Source: Butyricicoccus pullicaecorum (GTDB taxonomy: Bacteria; Bacillota; Clostridia; Oscillospirales; Butyricicoccaceae). Taken from it: a stretch of DNA of 64,000 nucleotides. This document shows, one piece after another, positions 8,520-18,523 of the stretch. The position numbers and the translations under genes were made by a program. Every line of letters starts with the position of its first letter. Position 1 is the first letter of the stretch. Location: contig JAGZIY010000003.1 of the NCBI GenBank assembly GCA_018365995.1, positions 58,146-122,145 on the forward strand. Reading direction: 5' to 3'. The notes below the pieces were generated by a model. That model was not told the DNA's origin. It ran no database searches and saw nothing but the letters and a program-made list of their open reading frames with translations.

Positions 8520-9875
8520 TCAGCCGATTCCGCCGCAAACGATTCCGAGGATAAATACAGCGAGAGTTAAGATGCAGAAGCCGTATTTATAAAGCGGATA
8601 ATACCATGCACCGATGCGATGGGAACGCCCTAAAGAGACTGCGTCTTCTACGGCTTTCTTTCCCCACACCCAAGCAAACATGATGCCAGCAAGACCGGCA
8701 CCGAGCGGACAGATGTAAATGGATACGAAGTCCATCCATTGTGCAACAATACCTTGGATACATAGTGCAGCTGCTGCGCCGATGACAGCGATGCTGATGA
8801 CCGCTTTGGTTCGGCTGAAGTGCAGGTGGTCTTGCAGTGTTGCAATGGGGGCTTCAAACAGATTGATGAGGGAGGTAAGTCCTGCAAACAGTACAGCGAT
8901 AAAGAAGATAATCATAACAATGCGTCCCCCCGGCATCGCTGCAAAGAGATTGGGCAGATAAATGAACATCAAACCGGGTCCGCCATCAAACTGTGTCGTG
9001 CCGGCGGCTGCCATGGCAGGCACGATAATGAGTGCTGCAAGCATGGCGGCAATGGTATCAAATAGGGCAACCTGCCACGCAGAACTGACAATATCTTCGT
9101 CGTCTGGTAGATAGGAGCCATAGATGATGGTGCCGTTGCCGGCAAGCGAAAGGGAAAAGAAGGACTGTCCCAAAGCATAAACCCACATCATGGGATTTTT
9201 GAGGATTTCGGGGTCAATGGTGAATATCCACTTGTAGCCGTTGGCAGAGCCGGGCTGAAATCCAACATAGAAGGTCAGACCGATGAACATGAGAAAGAAC
9301 AGCGGAATCATGATTTTATTGGCTTTTTCAATACCGCCTGCAACCCCCAAAATCATGATGAGAAAGGTGACAATCAGCCCAAAAATCAGCCAGTCATTGT
9401 TTCCAAATGTGGTTGCGGTGCTTTCGAATGCAGAGGCGTAGCCGCCAATCTCTCCAATATCAGAACCATAGGAAAGTGCAGAGCCGGTCAAAGCCCCGAA
9501 GGTATATTTGAAAATCCAGCTCACAACAACAGAGTATCCAATCGCAAGCGCCAGTGCACCCGCCATAGGCAAGAGTCCGATTTTCATGCCCAAACTGCTT
9601 TTGCCGCGAGATGCACACGCCTTTTCAAAGGAACCTACGGGACCGGAGCGTGTGGCGCGTCCAAAACTCATTTCCCCGATAACACCGGAAAATCCAATCA
9701 GGATATCAAAAATAAAGTACGCAAGCAGGAACGCACCTCCGTATTTTGCAACACGGCTGGGAAATAACCAAATATTGCCCATGCCAACGGCAGAGCCGAT
9801 ACAGGCAAGGACAAACCCCCATTTGGATTTCCACGAATCCCGTGATGTATGCGTTGTTACATTTTGATTTGCCAT
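8520..9875 (-). CDS. neurotransmitter:sodium symporter (NSS/SNF) family transporter
   Basis: The motif GFVLACIGSAVGMGNIWLFP is the NSS TM1 signature. Multi-pass membrane protein. The start MANQNV is preceded by an AAGGGG RBS. Confidence 0.85.
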   Translation of the reverse strand: MANQNVTTHTSRDSWKSKWGFVLACIGSAVGMGNIWLFPSRVAKYGGAFLLAYFIFDILIGFSGVIGEMSFGRATRSGPVGSFEKACASRGKSSLGMKIGLLPMAGALALAIGYSVVVSWIFKYTFGALTGSALSYGSDIGEIGGYASAFESTATTFGNNDWLIFGLIVTFLIMILGVAGGIEKANKIMIPLFFLMFIGLTFYVGFQPGSANGYKWIFTIDPEILKNPMMWVYALGQSFFSLSLAGNGTIIYGSYLPDDEDIVSSAWQVALFDTIAAMLAALIIVPAMAAAGTTQFDGGPGLMFIYLPNLFAAMPGGRIVMIIFFIAVLFAGLTSLINLFEAPIATLQDHLHFSRTKAVISIAVIGAAAALCIQGIVAQWMDFVSIYICPLGAGLAGIMFAWVWGKKAVEDAVSLGRSHRIGAWYYPLYKYGFCILTLAVFILGIVCGGIG

Positions 9876-9974
9876 AATAACACCCCTTTGAATATACAAA
9901 CGAATGAAACAGTACACGTTTTCCTATATATACAGTTTCACCAATCGTTTTTCTGTGTTGTGCCGCCGGATAGA

Positions 9975-10012
9975 ATAGAAAAAGCCCGCGAACGGCTGAA
10001 TTGTCCGCGGGC
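9975..10012 (-). terminator. intrinsic terminator inside the 5' leader of the NSS transporter gene (attenuator-like)
   Basis: On the minus strand: GCCCGCG, a 15-nt loop, CGCGGGC, then UUUUUCU. It lies about 100 nt upstream of the start codon at 9875. Confidence 0.6.
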
Positions 10013-10406
10013 AGATATCTTCATTTCCCAGAATTGCGTCAATCGGGCGGCAAGCGCCTGATTCGCTGTATCATAAAATAAGAATCGGTTGGCATGAAGC
10101 GCTATTCCGTAGGAGCGCACAATGCTCCGGCTGCGGCATGGTTTTTGATGTTACAGGGAGAGGACAGGAATGGGAAGCTGCTCGTTGCAGCAATTCCTTG
10201 TCAATCTCTTTTGTATAAAAGATATCATTGCTATCTGCATTTGTCAAGCAGAAAGAATGTACTTTGAGAAGCTTTGCGCGTTTTGATGCGCTTTGCAGTG
10301 TAAAATGGCACAAACGGAAGAATTTGGTCGTGATATTTTGTGCCGATATGGGTCACAATACTAACAGCAACAACCCCAAAACACAAACGAAAAGGAGAAA
10401 CAAATT

Positions 10407-10622
10407 ATGGCTAGCAACAATAACAATTCGAATCAGATGGTAGTACCGGAAGCACGTGCTGCAATGGATCGCTTTAAGATGGAAGCAGCAGCTGAGGTTG
10501 GTGTAAACCTGAAGGACGGTTATAATGGTGAACTGACTTCTCGTCAGGCAGGTTCCATTGGCGGTCAGATGGTCAAGAAAATGATTCAGGCTTACGAGGA
10601 AAATCTCGCAGCACGCGGCTGA
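10407..10622 (+). CDS. small acid-soluble spore protein, alpha/beta type
   Basis: 71 aa with KMEAAAEVGVNL...GELTSRQAGSIGGQMVKKM, matching the two conserved alpha/beta-SASP blocks. RBS AAAGGAGAAA. A possible sigma-G-like -10 (AATACTA) lies upstream. Confidence 0.85.
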   Translation: MASNNNNSNQMVVPEARAAMDRFKMEAAAEVGVNLKDGYNGELTSRQAGSIGGQMVKKMIQAYEENLAARG

Positions 10623-10881
10623 GCCAATTTGTCCAATGTTCAATCTGCTGACCTATAAAAATAGGAAGATGCAGACGAAACAATTCAAATTCAGCAGCGT
10701 CTGAATGGTGTTTTGTTCAGGGAAAAGTCTCTTGTTTTACAGAATTGTGATTCAGGAGACTTTTTCTATCTTATTTTGTGAAAAACGGATATAAAAAATG
10801 CACCTCTCTATGCTCTTTCGGAATGTGTTGATTTCCAAGAGAGTTTCATATTGAGGTGCATGTGCTTTTACAGAGAATGGT

Positions 10882-11271
10882 TCATTTCTTGGATAGCAGG
10901 TATTTGGTGAGCAGGTAATCACCAAATACAATACTGTGTGCAATGAAAAAGCCGACAAACATTTTTGACATTTGGAGAACTGCCTCTGCCATAGTACCCG
11001 AACCGAATTTCAGGAACAGGTAAATCCATGCAAAGACACAGGCGAATACACTGAATAATTGCCATGCGAGAGTGTGTGAAAGCTCCATACGTGAAATGAA
11101 CAGATGAATCAAACTCTGTGAGCCAAGCAAAATGGCAATGAGGAACGTCATGGAGAGCCAGTTCTCGAAGGAACTTGCAGAAGGATACTGGATATACCAA
11201 GCAAGAATAAAAAAGAGTGTCAGCAAACCAAAACAGATGATAGCATGAACAGTACGCAATGATTTATGCAC
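10882..11271 (-). CDS. small polytopic membrane protein (paralogue of the adjacent upstream gene)
   Basis: Four predicted TM helices. The C-terminus GDYLLTKYLLSKK resembles the neighbour's RYLITEYLLTKKS. I propose a GTG start 7 nt after an AAGGAGGG RBS that overlaps the upstream stop; there is no in-frame ATG near an RBS. Confidence 0.45.
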   Translation of the reverse strand: MHKSLRTVHAIICFGLLTLFFILAWYIQYPSASSFENWLSMTFLIAILLGSQSLIHLFISRMELSHTLAWQLFSVFACVFAWIYLFLKFGSGTMAEAVLQMSKMFVGFFIAHSIVFGDYLLTKYLLSKK

Positions 11272-11285
11272 GACCTCACCCTCCT

Positions 11286-11732
11286 TCAATGAAGCTGCTG
11301 CGCCGTGGGTTGCACTGAAACAGCAGATTTTTTGGTCAGTAGGTATTCTGTGATGAGATATCTTGCAAGTACAGCTAGATGAATGAGAGAAAAGGCGGTA
11401 ATATGCAGTAGAAGCCCCAGTTTGATTTGATTGGGAACAAGTTCTGCCATATAGCGCACAAGAAAAAGACTGCACCAGACGACATCACAGCCAAGGACAG
11501 CAGTCAAGTGCCAGAACAAACGGTGTCGTGGCGCAGCGCGTCCAATCTGCACATGTATCTGATTTTGCGCGGCAAATAGCAGTGCTGCACAAATCATAAA
11601 AAGAATCGCATGTCCATTGAAATAAGTAAAGATAGAATAGAGTATTGTGCTGAGTGCGGAGAACAGTGCAAACAGAACTATACAAATAGAACATGTGTGG
11701 GATTTATGCAGCCCATTCCCTTCGTTTTTCAT
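11286..11732 (-). CDS. small polytopic membrane protein (148 aa)
   Basis: AGGAGG RBS before the ATG. Four hydrophobic helices and the shared SLIHL and YL(I/L)T(E/K)YLL motifs. Confidence 0.5.
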   Translation of the reverse strand: MKNEGNGLHKSHTCSICIVLFALFSALSTILYSIFTYFNGHAILFMICAALLFAAQNQIHVQIGRAAPRHRLFWHLTAVLGCDVVWCSLFLVRYMAELVPNQIKLGLLLHITAFSLIHLAVLARYLITEYLLTKKSAVSVQPTAQQLH

Positions 11733-12128
11733 AAGAATCCTCCTTTACTGATACATTGGTCTGCGTTTTTGAAAGGGGCGGTATAGGTGTTCAGCCCCTT
11801 ATGATAGTTAAAATTATACGCAGAGAAATTCTAAAATCAATATACAAGCATCACAAAAAATAATAATTTTTTTGTTTATGTTTAATAATCTGTATTTCAT
11901 ACATTGTGAAATGTTTGAGCAAGACAGAGGAATTATAAAATTGATATAGAAAATTAGTGAAAATAATAAAACATTTTGTGTATATAGAACAATGAATCGG
12001 CTGCTAAAAAGCAAAAAATATGATAGAATTTTATGGTGAAATGTCAATTTATGTATTGAAAATGGATATTTTCGGTGTAAGGGGCTTGCTCAAAGCGGTG
12101 AGATAGGGGTATAATGGAACAAACATAG

Positions 12129-13187
<1,059 letters not shown>

Positions 13188-13195
13188 TACAAATA

Positions 13196-13228
13196 ACTGT
13201 TCTCTTATCAGGGGACAGTTGTTTTTTT
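13196..13228 (+). terminator. intrinsic terminator after the regulator gene
   Basis: ACTGT...GACAGT stem followed by a T-run of 7 or more. Confidence 0.6.
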
Positions 13229-13357
13229 GCACAAAAAAGGCTTGCGATTTTTGTCATATCATTCAGTAAAAGAAATTGAATTTTTACTAAAACCCTGTTA
13301 TACTAAAATTAACATATATTGTGATTTTATATTTTTTTTGAAAGGCGGGATCTTATT

Positions 13358-14644
13358 ATGAAGAAGCAATCCATCTTGGCGGCTGAGTTAAAGGAAGGTG
13401 TGCTGGACGCACGCTTAACCGCAATCTATGGCTGTAAAAAAGCAGGATTACCGCACAAGCGTGAGCGCTTGCTGGCACTCATGGATACATTTGAGAAAAC
13501 CTATGGTGCAGAGCGTGAGGTTGGTCTGTACTCGGCACCGGGGCGCACAGAGATGGGCGGCAACCATACAGATCATCAGCATGGACGTGTGCTCGCGGCT
13601 GCAATTGACTTAGATGCCATTGCCTGCGCAAGCAAAAGCGGTTCTATGACGGCACGTGTGCTGTCTGAAGGTTATCCGGAAATTGTGGTGGATCTTTCCG
13701 TACAGGAACCACAGAAGGAAGAAGAAGGCACAACCGCGGCACTCATTCGCGGCGTTGCGGCAAAAATCCATGAAATGGGATATCCAGTTTGTGGATTTGA
13801 TGCCTGTGTAACCTCTGAGGTGCTGAGCGGCTCCGGTTTGTCCTCGTCCGCCGCATTTGAAGTACTCATTGGCGTAATCATCAATGATATGTTCTGTGAG
13901 GGTGCGCTGACACAGGTACAGCTTGCGCAGATTGGACAGTATGCGGAAAATGTTTTCTTTGGCAAGCCCTGTGGTCTCATGGATCAGCTGGCAAGCGCAG
14001 TTGGCGGGATTGTCTCAATTGACTTTGAAGATCCGGCAAAGCCGATTGTAAACCGTTTGGATTACGACCTGTCATCCTCGGGACATGCACTTTGCATCAT
14101 TGATTCTGGCGCGGATCATGCCGATTTGACCGACGAATATGCAGCCATTCCAAATGAAATGAAGCAGGTTGCAGCATTCTTCGGCAAGGAATACCTGCGC
14201 GAAATCGAATTTGAGGAATTTTGGGCAAATATTGCAAAAATCCGGAAGCAGACAGGCGACCGTGCGGTTTTGCGTGCATTCCATTTCTATACAGATAATC
14301 TGCTTGCGCTCAAGCAGGCACAGGCGCTGGAAAAGGAAGACTTTTACGTGTTCCTGACGCTGGTGCAGCATTCCGGAAAGTCTTCCGCAGAGCATTTACA
14401 GAATCTGTATTGCAGCAGTCAGCCGGAGGCACAGGCGGTGGTTCTCACTATTGCGGCAGCACGCAGACTGCTCGAAGGAAAAGGCGCGGTTCGTGTGCAT
14501 GGAGGCGGATTTGCAGGAACAGTGCAGGCTTATGTACCGTTTGACATGACCGAAGAATTCCGTCAGGGAATGGAATCTATTTTAGGAGAGGGCTGCTGCC
14601 ATTTCCTGAGTGTTCGCCCGGGCGGCGGCGTTGTCATTGGATAA
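13358..14644 (+). CDS. galK: galactokinase
   Basis: GHMP-kinase motifs: the N-terminal galactokinase signature APGRTEMGGNHTDHQHGRV and the ATP-binding loop SGSGLSSSAA. Confidence 0.9.
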   Translation: MKKQSILAAELKEGVLDARLTAIYGCKKAGLPHKRERLLALMDTFEKTYGAEREVGLYSAPGRTEMGGNHTDHQHGRVLAAAIDLDAIACASKSGSMTARVLSEGYPEIVVDLSVQEPQKEEEGTTAALIRGVAAKIHEMGYPVCGFDACVTSEVLSGSGLSSSAAFEVLIGVIINDMFCEGALTQVQLAQIGQYAENVFFGKPCGLMDQLASAVGGIVSIDFEDPAKPIVNRLDYDLSSSGHALCIIDSGADHADLTDEYAAIPNEMKQVAAFFGKEYLREIEFEEFWANIAKIRKQTGDRAVLRAFHFYTDNLLALKQAQALEKEDFYVFLTLVQHSGKSSAEHLQNLYCSSQPEAQAVVLTIAAARRLLEGKGAVRVHGGGFAGTVQAYVPFDMTEEFRQGMESILGEGCCHFLSVRPGGGVVIG

Positions 14645-14865
14645 CGAAATCCACGAAAAATAATATTTGTTTTACCTAGGGCGTATCTGAAAACAAAGAA
14701 ATCGACGAATTTTTCGCAGTGCGTGTGCAGATGCAAGGCAAAAAACGCAGGAATCCTTGGTGGATTTCGAGTGTTTTTCACGCAGCAGATGCCGCTCCTT
14801 GTAGAAAAAGACTAGAATTTCGACTTTTCAGACAGCCCCTAACATCTTGAGGAGGTTTTTTCATT

Positions 14866-15855
14866 ATGGCAGTTCTTGTATTGGGTGGTGCCGGCTATAT
14901 TGGTTCTCATACAGCACATGCACTTGTTGCAGCAGGGCGTGATGTCGTAGTGGCAGATAATTTGGAAACAGGATTCCGTGCTGCAGTTCCGGCGCAGGCA
15001 CGTTTTTATGAAGGTGATATCCGTGACCGCACATTTGTAGATCGTCTGTTTGAAAACGAAAAAATTGAGGGTGTCATTCACTTCGCAGCAAATTCACAGG
15101 TTGGCGAGAGTATGAAGGATCCGCTTAAGTATTATGACAACAATCTGTGTGGAACTAAGACTCTTCTCGACAGCATGGTTGCACACGATGTGGATAAAAT
15201 CGTGTTCTCATCTACTGCTGCGACTTATGGCGAAGCAGAGCGTATGCCTATTGAGGAGACAGACCCAACAGAGCCGACAAATTGCTATGGTGAAACCAAG
15301 CTCTCCATGGAAAAAATGATGAAGTGGGTTTCTTTGGCACATGGTTTACGCTTTGTGGCACTGCGCTACTTCAATGCATGCGGCGCACAGCCGGACGGTA
15401 CGATTGGTGAGGCGCACAATCCGGAAACACATTTGATCCCGCTGATTTTGCAGGTGCCAAACAATCAGCGCGAGCAGATTGCAATTTTTGGTGATGACTA
15501 CCCAACGCCAGATGGAACTTGCATACGTGATTACATTCATGTATGTGATCTTGCGCAGGCACATATTCTGGCGCTCGATTATCTGCTGAAGGGCGGCGAG
15601 AATAACGTATTTAATCTAGGCAATGGTGTGGGCTTCTCGGTCAAGGAAGTCATCGAACAGGCACGTGCAGTAACAGGGCATCCGATTCCAGCAAAAATTG
15701 AGGCACGCCGCGCAGGGGATCCAGCACAACTCATTGCTTCTTCGGATAAGGCAAAGAGCGTGCTCGGCTGGAAGCCACAGTATGATGACCTCCATACCAT
15801 TATTGAAACAGCTTGGAAATGGCATCAGAATCATCCGCATGGATACAGTGAATAA
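14866..15855 (+). CDS. galE: UDP-glucose 4-epimerase
   Basis: Rossmann motif VLGGAGYIGSH, catalytic YxxxK, about 330 aa. RBS GGAGG. Confidence 0.9.
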   Translation: MAVLVLGGAGYIGSHTAHALVAAGRDVVVADNLETGFRAAVPAQARFYEGDIRDRTFVDRLFENEKIEGVIHFAANSQVGESMKDPLKYYDNNLCGTKTLLDSMVAHDVDKIVFSSTAATYGEAERMPIEETDPTEPTNCYGETKLSMEKMMKWVSLAHGLRFVALRYFNACGAQPDGTIGEAHNPETHLIPLILQVPNNQREQIAIFGDDYPTPDGTCIRDYIHVCDLAQAHILALDYLLKGGENNVFNLGNGVGFSVKEVIEQARAVTGHPIPAKIEARRAGDPAQLIASSDKAKSVLGWKPQYDDLHTIIETAWKWHQNHPHGYSE

Positions 15856-15870
15856 GCAGGAGGCACAGAT

Positions 15871-17355
15871 ATGATTGATGTTGCAATTGCAAAGCTTGTA
15901 CGTTATGCAGAGCAGACTGGTCTCATCGCACCAGAGGATCACACTTGGGCAGTCAATACAGTACTGGAGGCTATGCAGCTGGACAGCTATACAGAGCCGC
16001 AGCTGGACGATGCCCCCATTGATTTGCCGGCAGTTTTAGACGAACTGTTAGATGATGCGCATGCGCGTGGTGTGATGACTGAAAATTCTATCGTATACCG
16101 CGATCTTTTTGATACCGCGCTTATGGGACGTCTGACCCCGCCGCCGCGTGAGGTCATTGCAAAATTCCGTGCACTTTATGCGCAGGATCCGCTTCGTGCA
16201 ACCGATTGGTATTATCGCTTTAGTCAGGATACCAATTATATCCGTCGTGACCGTATCGCAAAGGATATGCAGTGGAAAACACAGACAGAATATGGCGAAA
16301 TCGATATTACGATTAACCTTTCAAAGCCGGAAAAGGATCCCAAGGCGATTGCGGCTGCGCGCAATCTGCCAGCCTCTGCATATCCACAGTGTCAGCTGTG
16401 CTATGAGAATGAGGGCTATGCTGGACGTGTCAATCATCCGGCACGCCAGAACCACAGAATCATACCAATCACTATTGCGGGCAAGCCATGGTTTATGCAG
16501 TATTCGCCCTATGTATATTATAATGAACACTGTATCGTATTTAACGCAGAGCATACGCCTATGAAAATTGACCGTGACTGCTTCTGCAAGCTTCTTGACT
16601 TTGTGGGGCAGTTTCCACACTATTTTGTAGGCTCGAATGCAGACCTTCCCATTGTCGGCGGTTCGATTTTGGCACATGATCATTTCCAAGGCGGACGATA
16701 TACCTTTGCGATGGAAAAAGCACCCATAAAGACACCGCTGACCTTTGCCGATTTTCCCGAGGTACACGCAGGCATCGTCAAGTGGCCTATGTCTGTGATT
16801 CGTCTGACAGCAGCCGATCCACAAAAGCTGATTGCGTTGGGTGACCGTATCTTGACAGCATGGCGTGGCTATACCGATGAGAATGCTATGATTCTGGCAG
16901 AGACAGATGGCGTACCGCATAACACCATCACACCGATTGCGCGTCGCCGCGGCACGGATTATGAATTGGATTTGGTGCTCAGAAACAATCTGACCACAGA
17001 GGAACACCCGCTCGGTCTGTATCACCCGCATGCTGAACTGCATCATATTAAGAAAGAAAACATCGGGCTGATTGAAGTCATGGGTCTGGCTGTGTTGCCG
17101 GCACGACTCAAAGAGGAGCTTGCAGTCTTAGGTGAAAAAATGGTGAAGGGCGAGGATTTGCGTGCAGACCCGCGCACAGAAGCGCATGCGGATTGGGCAG
17201 AAGGCTTTGCTGATGCAGTAACAGCGCAAAATGCCACTGAGGTCATTGAGCGCGAGGTTGGCAAGGTGTTTGCAACGGTGTTGGAGCATGCGGGTGTATA
17301 TAAGGATACACAGGCGTTTATTCGCTTTGTGGAAACCGTAGGAGGAAAGGCATGA
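15871..17355 (+). CDS. galT: UDP-glucose--hexose-1-phosphate uridylyltransferase (Gram-positive type, about 490 aa)
   Basis: Length and layout match the type-2 GalT of Firmicutes. RBS AGGAGG. It overlaps the galM start by 4 nt. Confidence 0.85.
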   Translation: MIDVAIAKLVRYAEQTGLIAPEDHTWAVNTVLEAMQLDSYTEPQLDDAPIDLPAVLDELLDDAHARGVMTENSIVYRDLFDTALMGRLTPPPREVIAKFRALYAQDPLRATDWYYRFSQDTNYIRRDRIAKDMQWKTQTEYGEIDITINLSKPEKDPKAIAAARNLPASAYPQCQLCYENEGYAGRVNHPARQNHRIIPITIAGKPWFMQYSPYVYYNEHCIVFNAEHTPMKIDRDCFCKLLDFVGQFPHYFVGSNADLPIVGGSILAHDHFQGGRYTFAMEKAPIKTPLTFADFPEVHAGIVKWPMSVIRLTAADPQKLIALGDRILTAWRGYTDENAMILAETDGVPHNTITPIARRRGTDYELDLVLRNNLTTEEHPLGLYHPHAELHHIKKENIGLIEVMGLAVLPARLKEELAVLGEKMVKGEDLRADPRTEAHADWAEGFADAVTAQNATEVIEREVGKVFATVLEHAGVYKDTQAFIRFVETVGGKA

Positions 17356-18377
17356 TTACATCAGAAGCTTTTGGTCTTACAAAGGATGGAACCCAAGTGA
17401 CACGATACTGGCTTTCCGATGGCAAATGCCGCGTTGCGGTTTTAACGTATGGCGGCATCATTCAGACCATCGAAGTGCCAGATAGAGAAGGCAATCCGGT
17501 AGATGTTATTTTGGGTTTTGACAGTCCAGCAGGATATGAGGAACAGACCTGCTATATTGGTGCAATGATTGGACGATGCGCCAATCGTATTGGCAGAGGC
17601 ATGTTTTCTCTGAATGGAAAAGATTACACACTCGCCTGTAATGATAACGGTGTGCATCACCTGCATGGCGGTATGGTTGGCTTCGATCAGAAGCACTGGC
17701 AGGCTGAGGTACAGGGTGAAATGCTGGTGCTTCGACTGCACAGCAACGATGGAGAAGAAGGCTATCCCGGCAATTTAGATGTACAGATTTGCTATACACT
17801 CAAAGATGGGGCGCTTTCCATTCAGTATGATGCCGATACCGATGCCGATACCCTGTGCAGCCTGACCAATCACAGCTATTTCAATTTGGCTGGCAAGGGC
17901 GATGTGGGTGCACAAAAGCTGTGTATCTATGCGTCCGAATATACACCACTCGGTGAGGAAGGGATTCCAGATGGTACGCGGGCATCTGTTGCGGGTACCC
18001 CAATGGATTTGCGTACCCTGACGCCAATAGGCGCGCACTGGGATGACGATTTTGAGCAGCTGCGCAAGGCTGGCGGATATGACCATCATTATTGCGTTGA
18101 TGGCACAGGACTGCGTCTGTTTGCGCAGGCTGTCTGTGAGGAAAACGGGATTCATTTGTCGGTGCAATCAGATATGCCGGGTATGCAGCTTTATACCGCA
18201 AACTTTTTGGAGGGTATGGGCGGCAAGGCGCGTATAGATTATGGGAGACGTCAGGCATTCTGTCTGGAGACCCAATTCGTACCAAATCCATCGGCATGGG
18301 AACAGGAATTTCAGCCGGTTTTGAGAAAAGGCGAACACTATCAGCATAAAACGATTTTTGCATTTTGTGCAGAGTGA
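17352..18377 (+). CDS. galM: aldose 1-epimerase (galactose mutarotase)
   Basis: About 340 aa; last gene of the Leloir cluster. The conserved HxLHGG motif (HHLHGG) is present. RBS AGGAGG. Confidence 0.8.
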   Translation: MITSEAFGLTKDGTQVTRYWLSDGKCRVAVLTYGGIIQTIEVPDREGNPVDVILGFDSPAGYEEQTCYIGAMIGRCANRIGRGMFSLNGKDYTLACNDNGVHHLHGGMVGFDQKHWQAEVQGEMLVLRLHSNDGEEGYPGNLDVQICYTLKDGALSIQYDADTDADTLCSLTNHSYFNLAGKGDVGAQKLCIYASEYTPLGEEGIPDGTRASVAGTPMDLRTLTPIGAHWDDDFEQLRKAGGYDHHYCVDGTGLRLFAQAVCEENGIHLSVQSDMPGMQLYTANFLEGMGGKARIDYGRRQAFCLETQFVPNPSAWEQEFQPVLRKGEHYQHKTIFAFCAE

Positions 18378-18386
18378 GGAAACAGG

Positions 18387-18427
18387 CCGTCAAAAGCACC
18401 TTGGGTGTTTTTGACGGTTTTTTTGTG
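18387..18427 (+). terminator. intrinsic terminator of the gal operon
   Basis: CCGTCAAAA / TTTTGACGG stem followed by TTTTTTTG. Confidence 0.75.
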
Positions 18428-18523
18428 GATAAGGTAGACAAAAGGAAAGGAATCCCTTAAACTGGAAAAGAATATTTGGTATTTGATGGAAGTTGAAATG
18501 TCGGGAAAGGGAGAAAATGTGTT

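Noticed and set aside
9876-10330. T-box riboswitch in the NSS transporter leader
   Set aside because: The leader has a terminator. I could not find the conserved T-box sequence (AGGGUGGNACCGCG) or an obvious specifier-loop or antiterminator bulge on the minus strand. I kept it only as a generic attenuator finding.
13230-13357. LacI/GalR operator or cre site upstream of galK
   Set aside because: I saw only a loose AGTAAAA-N10-TTTTACT inverted repeat and no convincing 14-20 bp CG-centred palindrome or TGWAANCGNTNWCA cre match. It is too weak to call.
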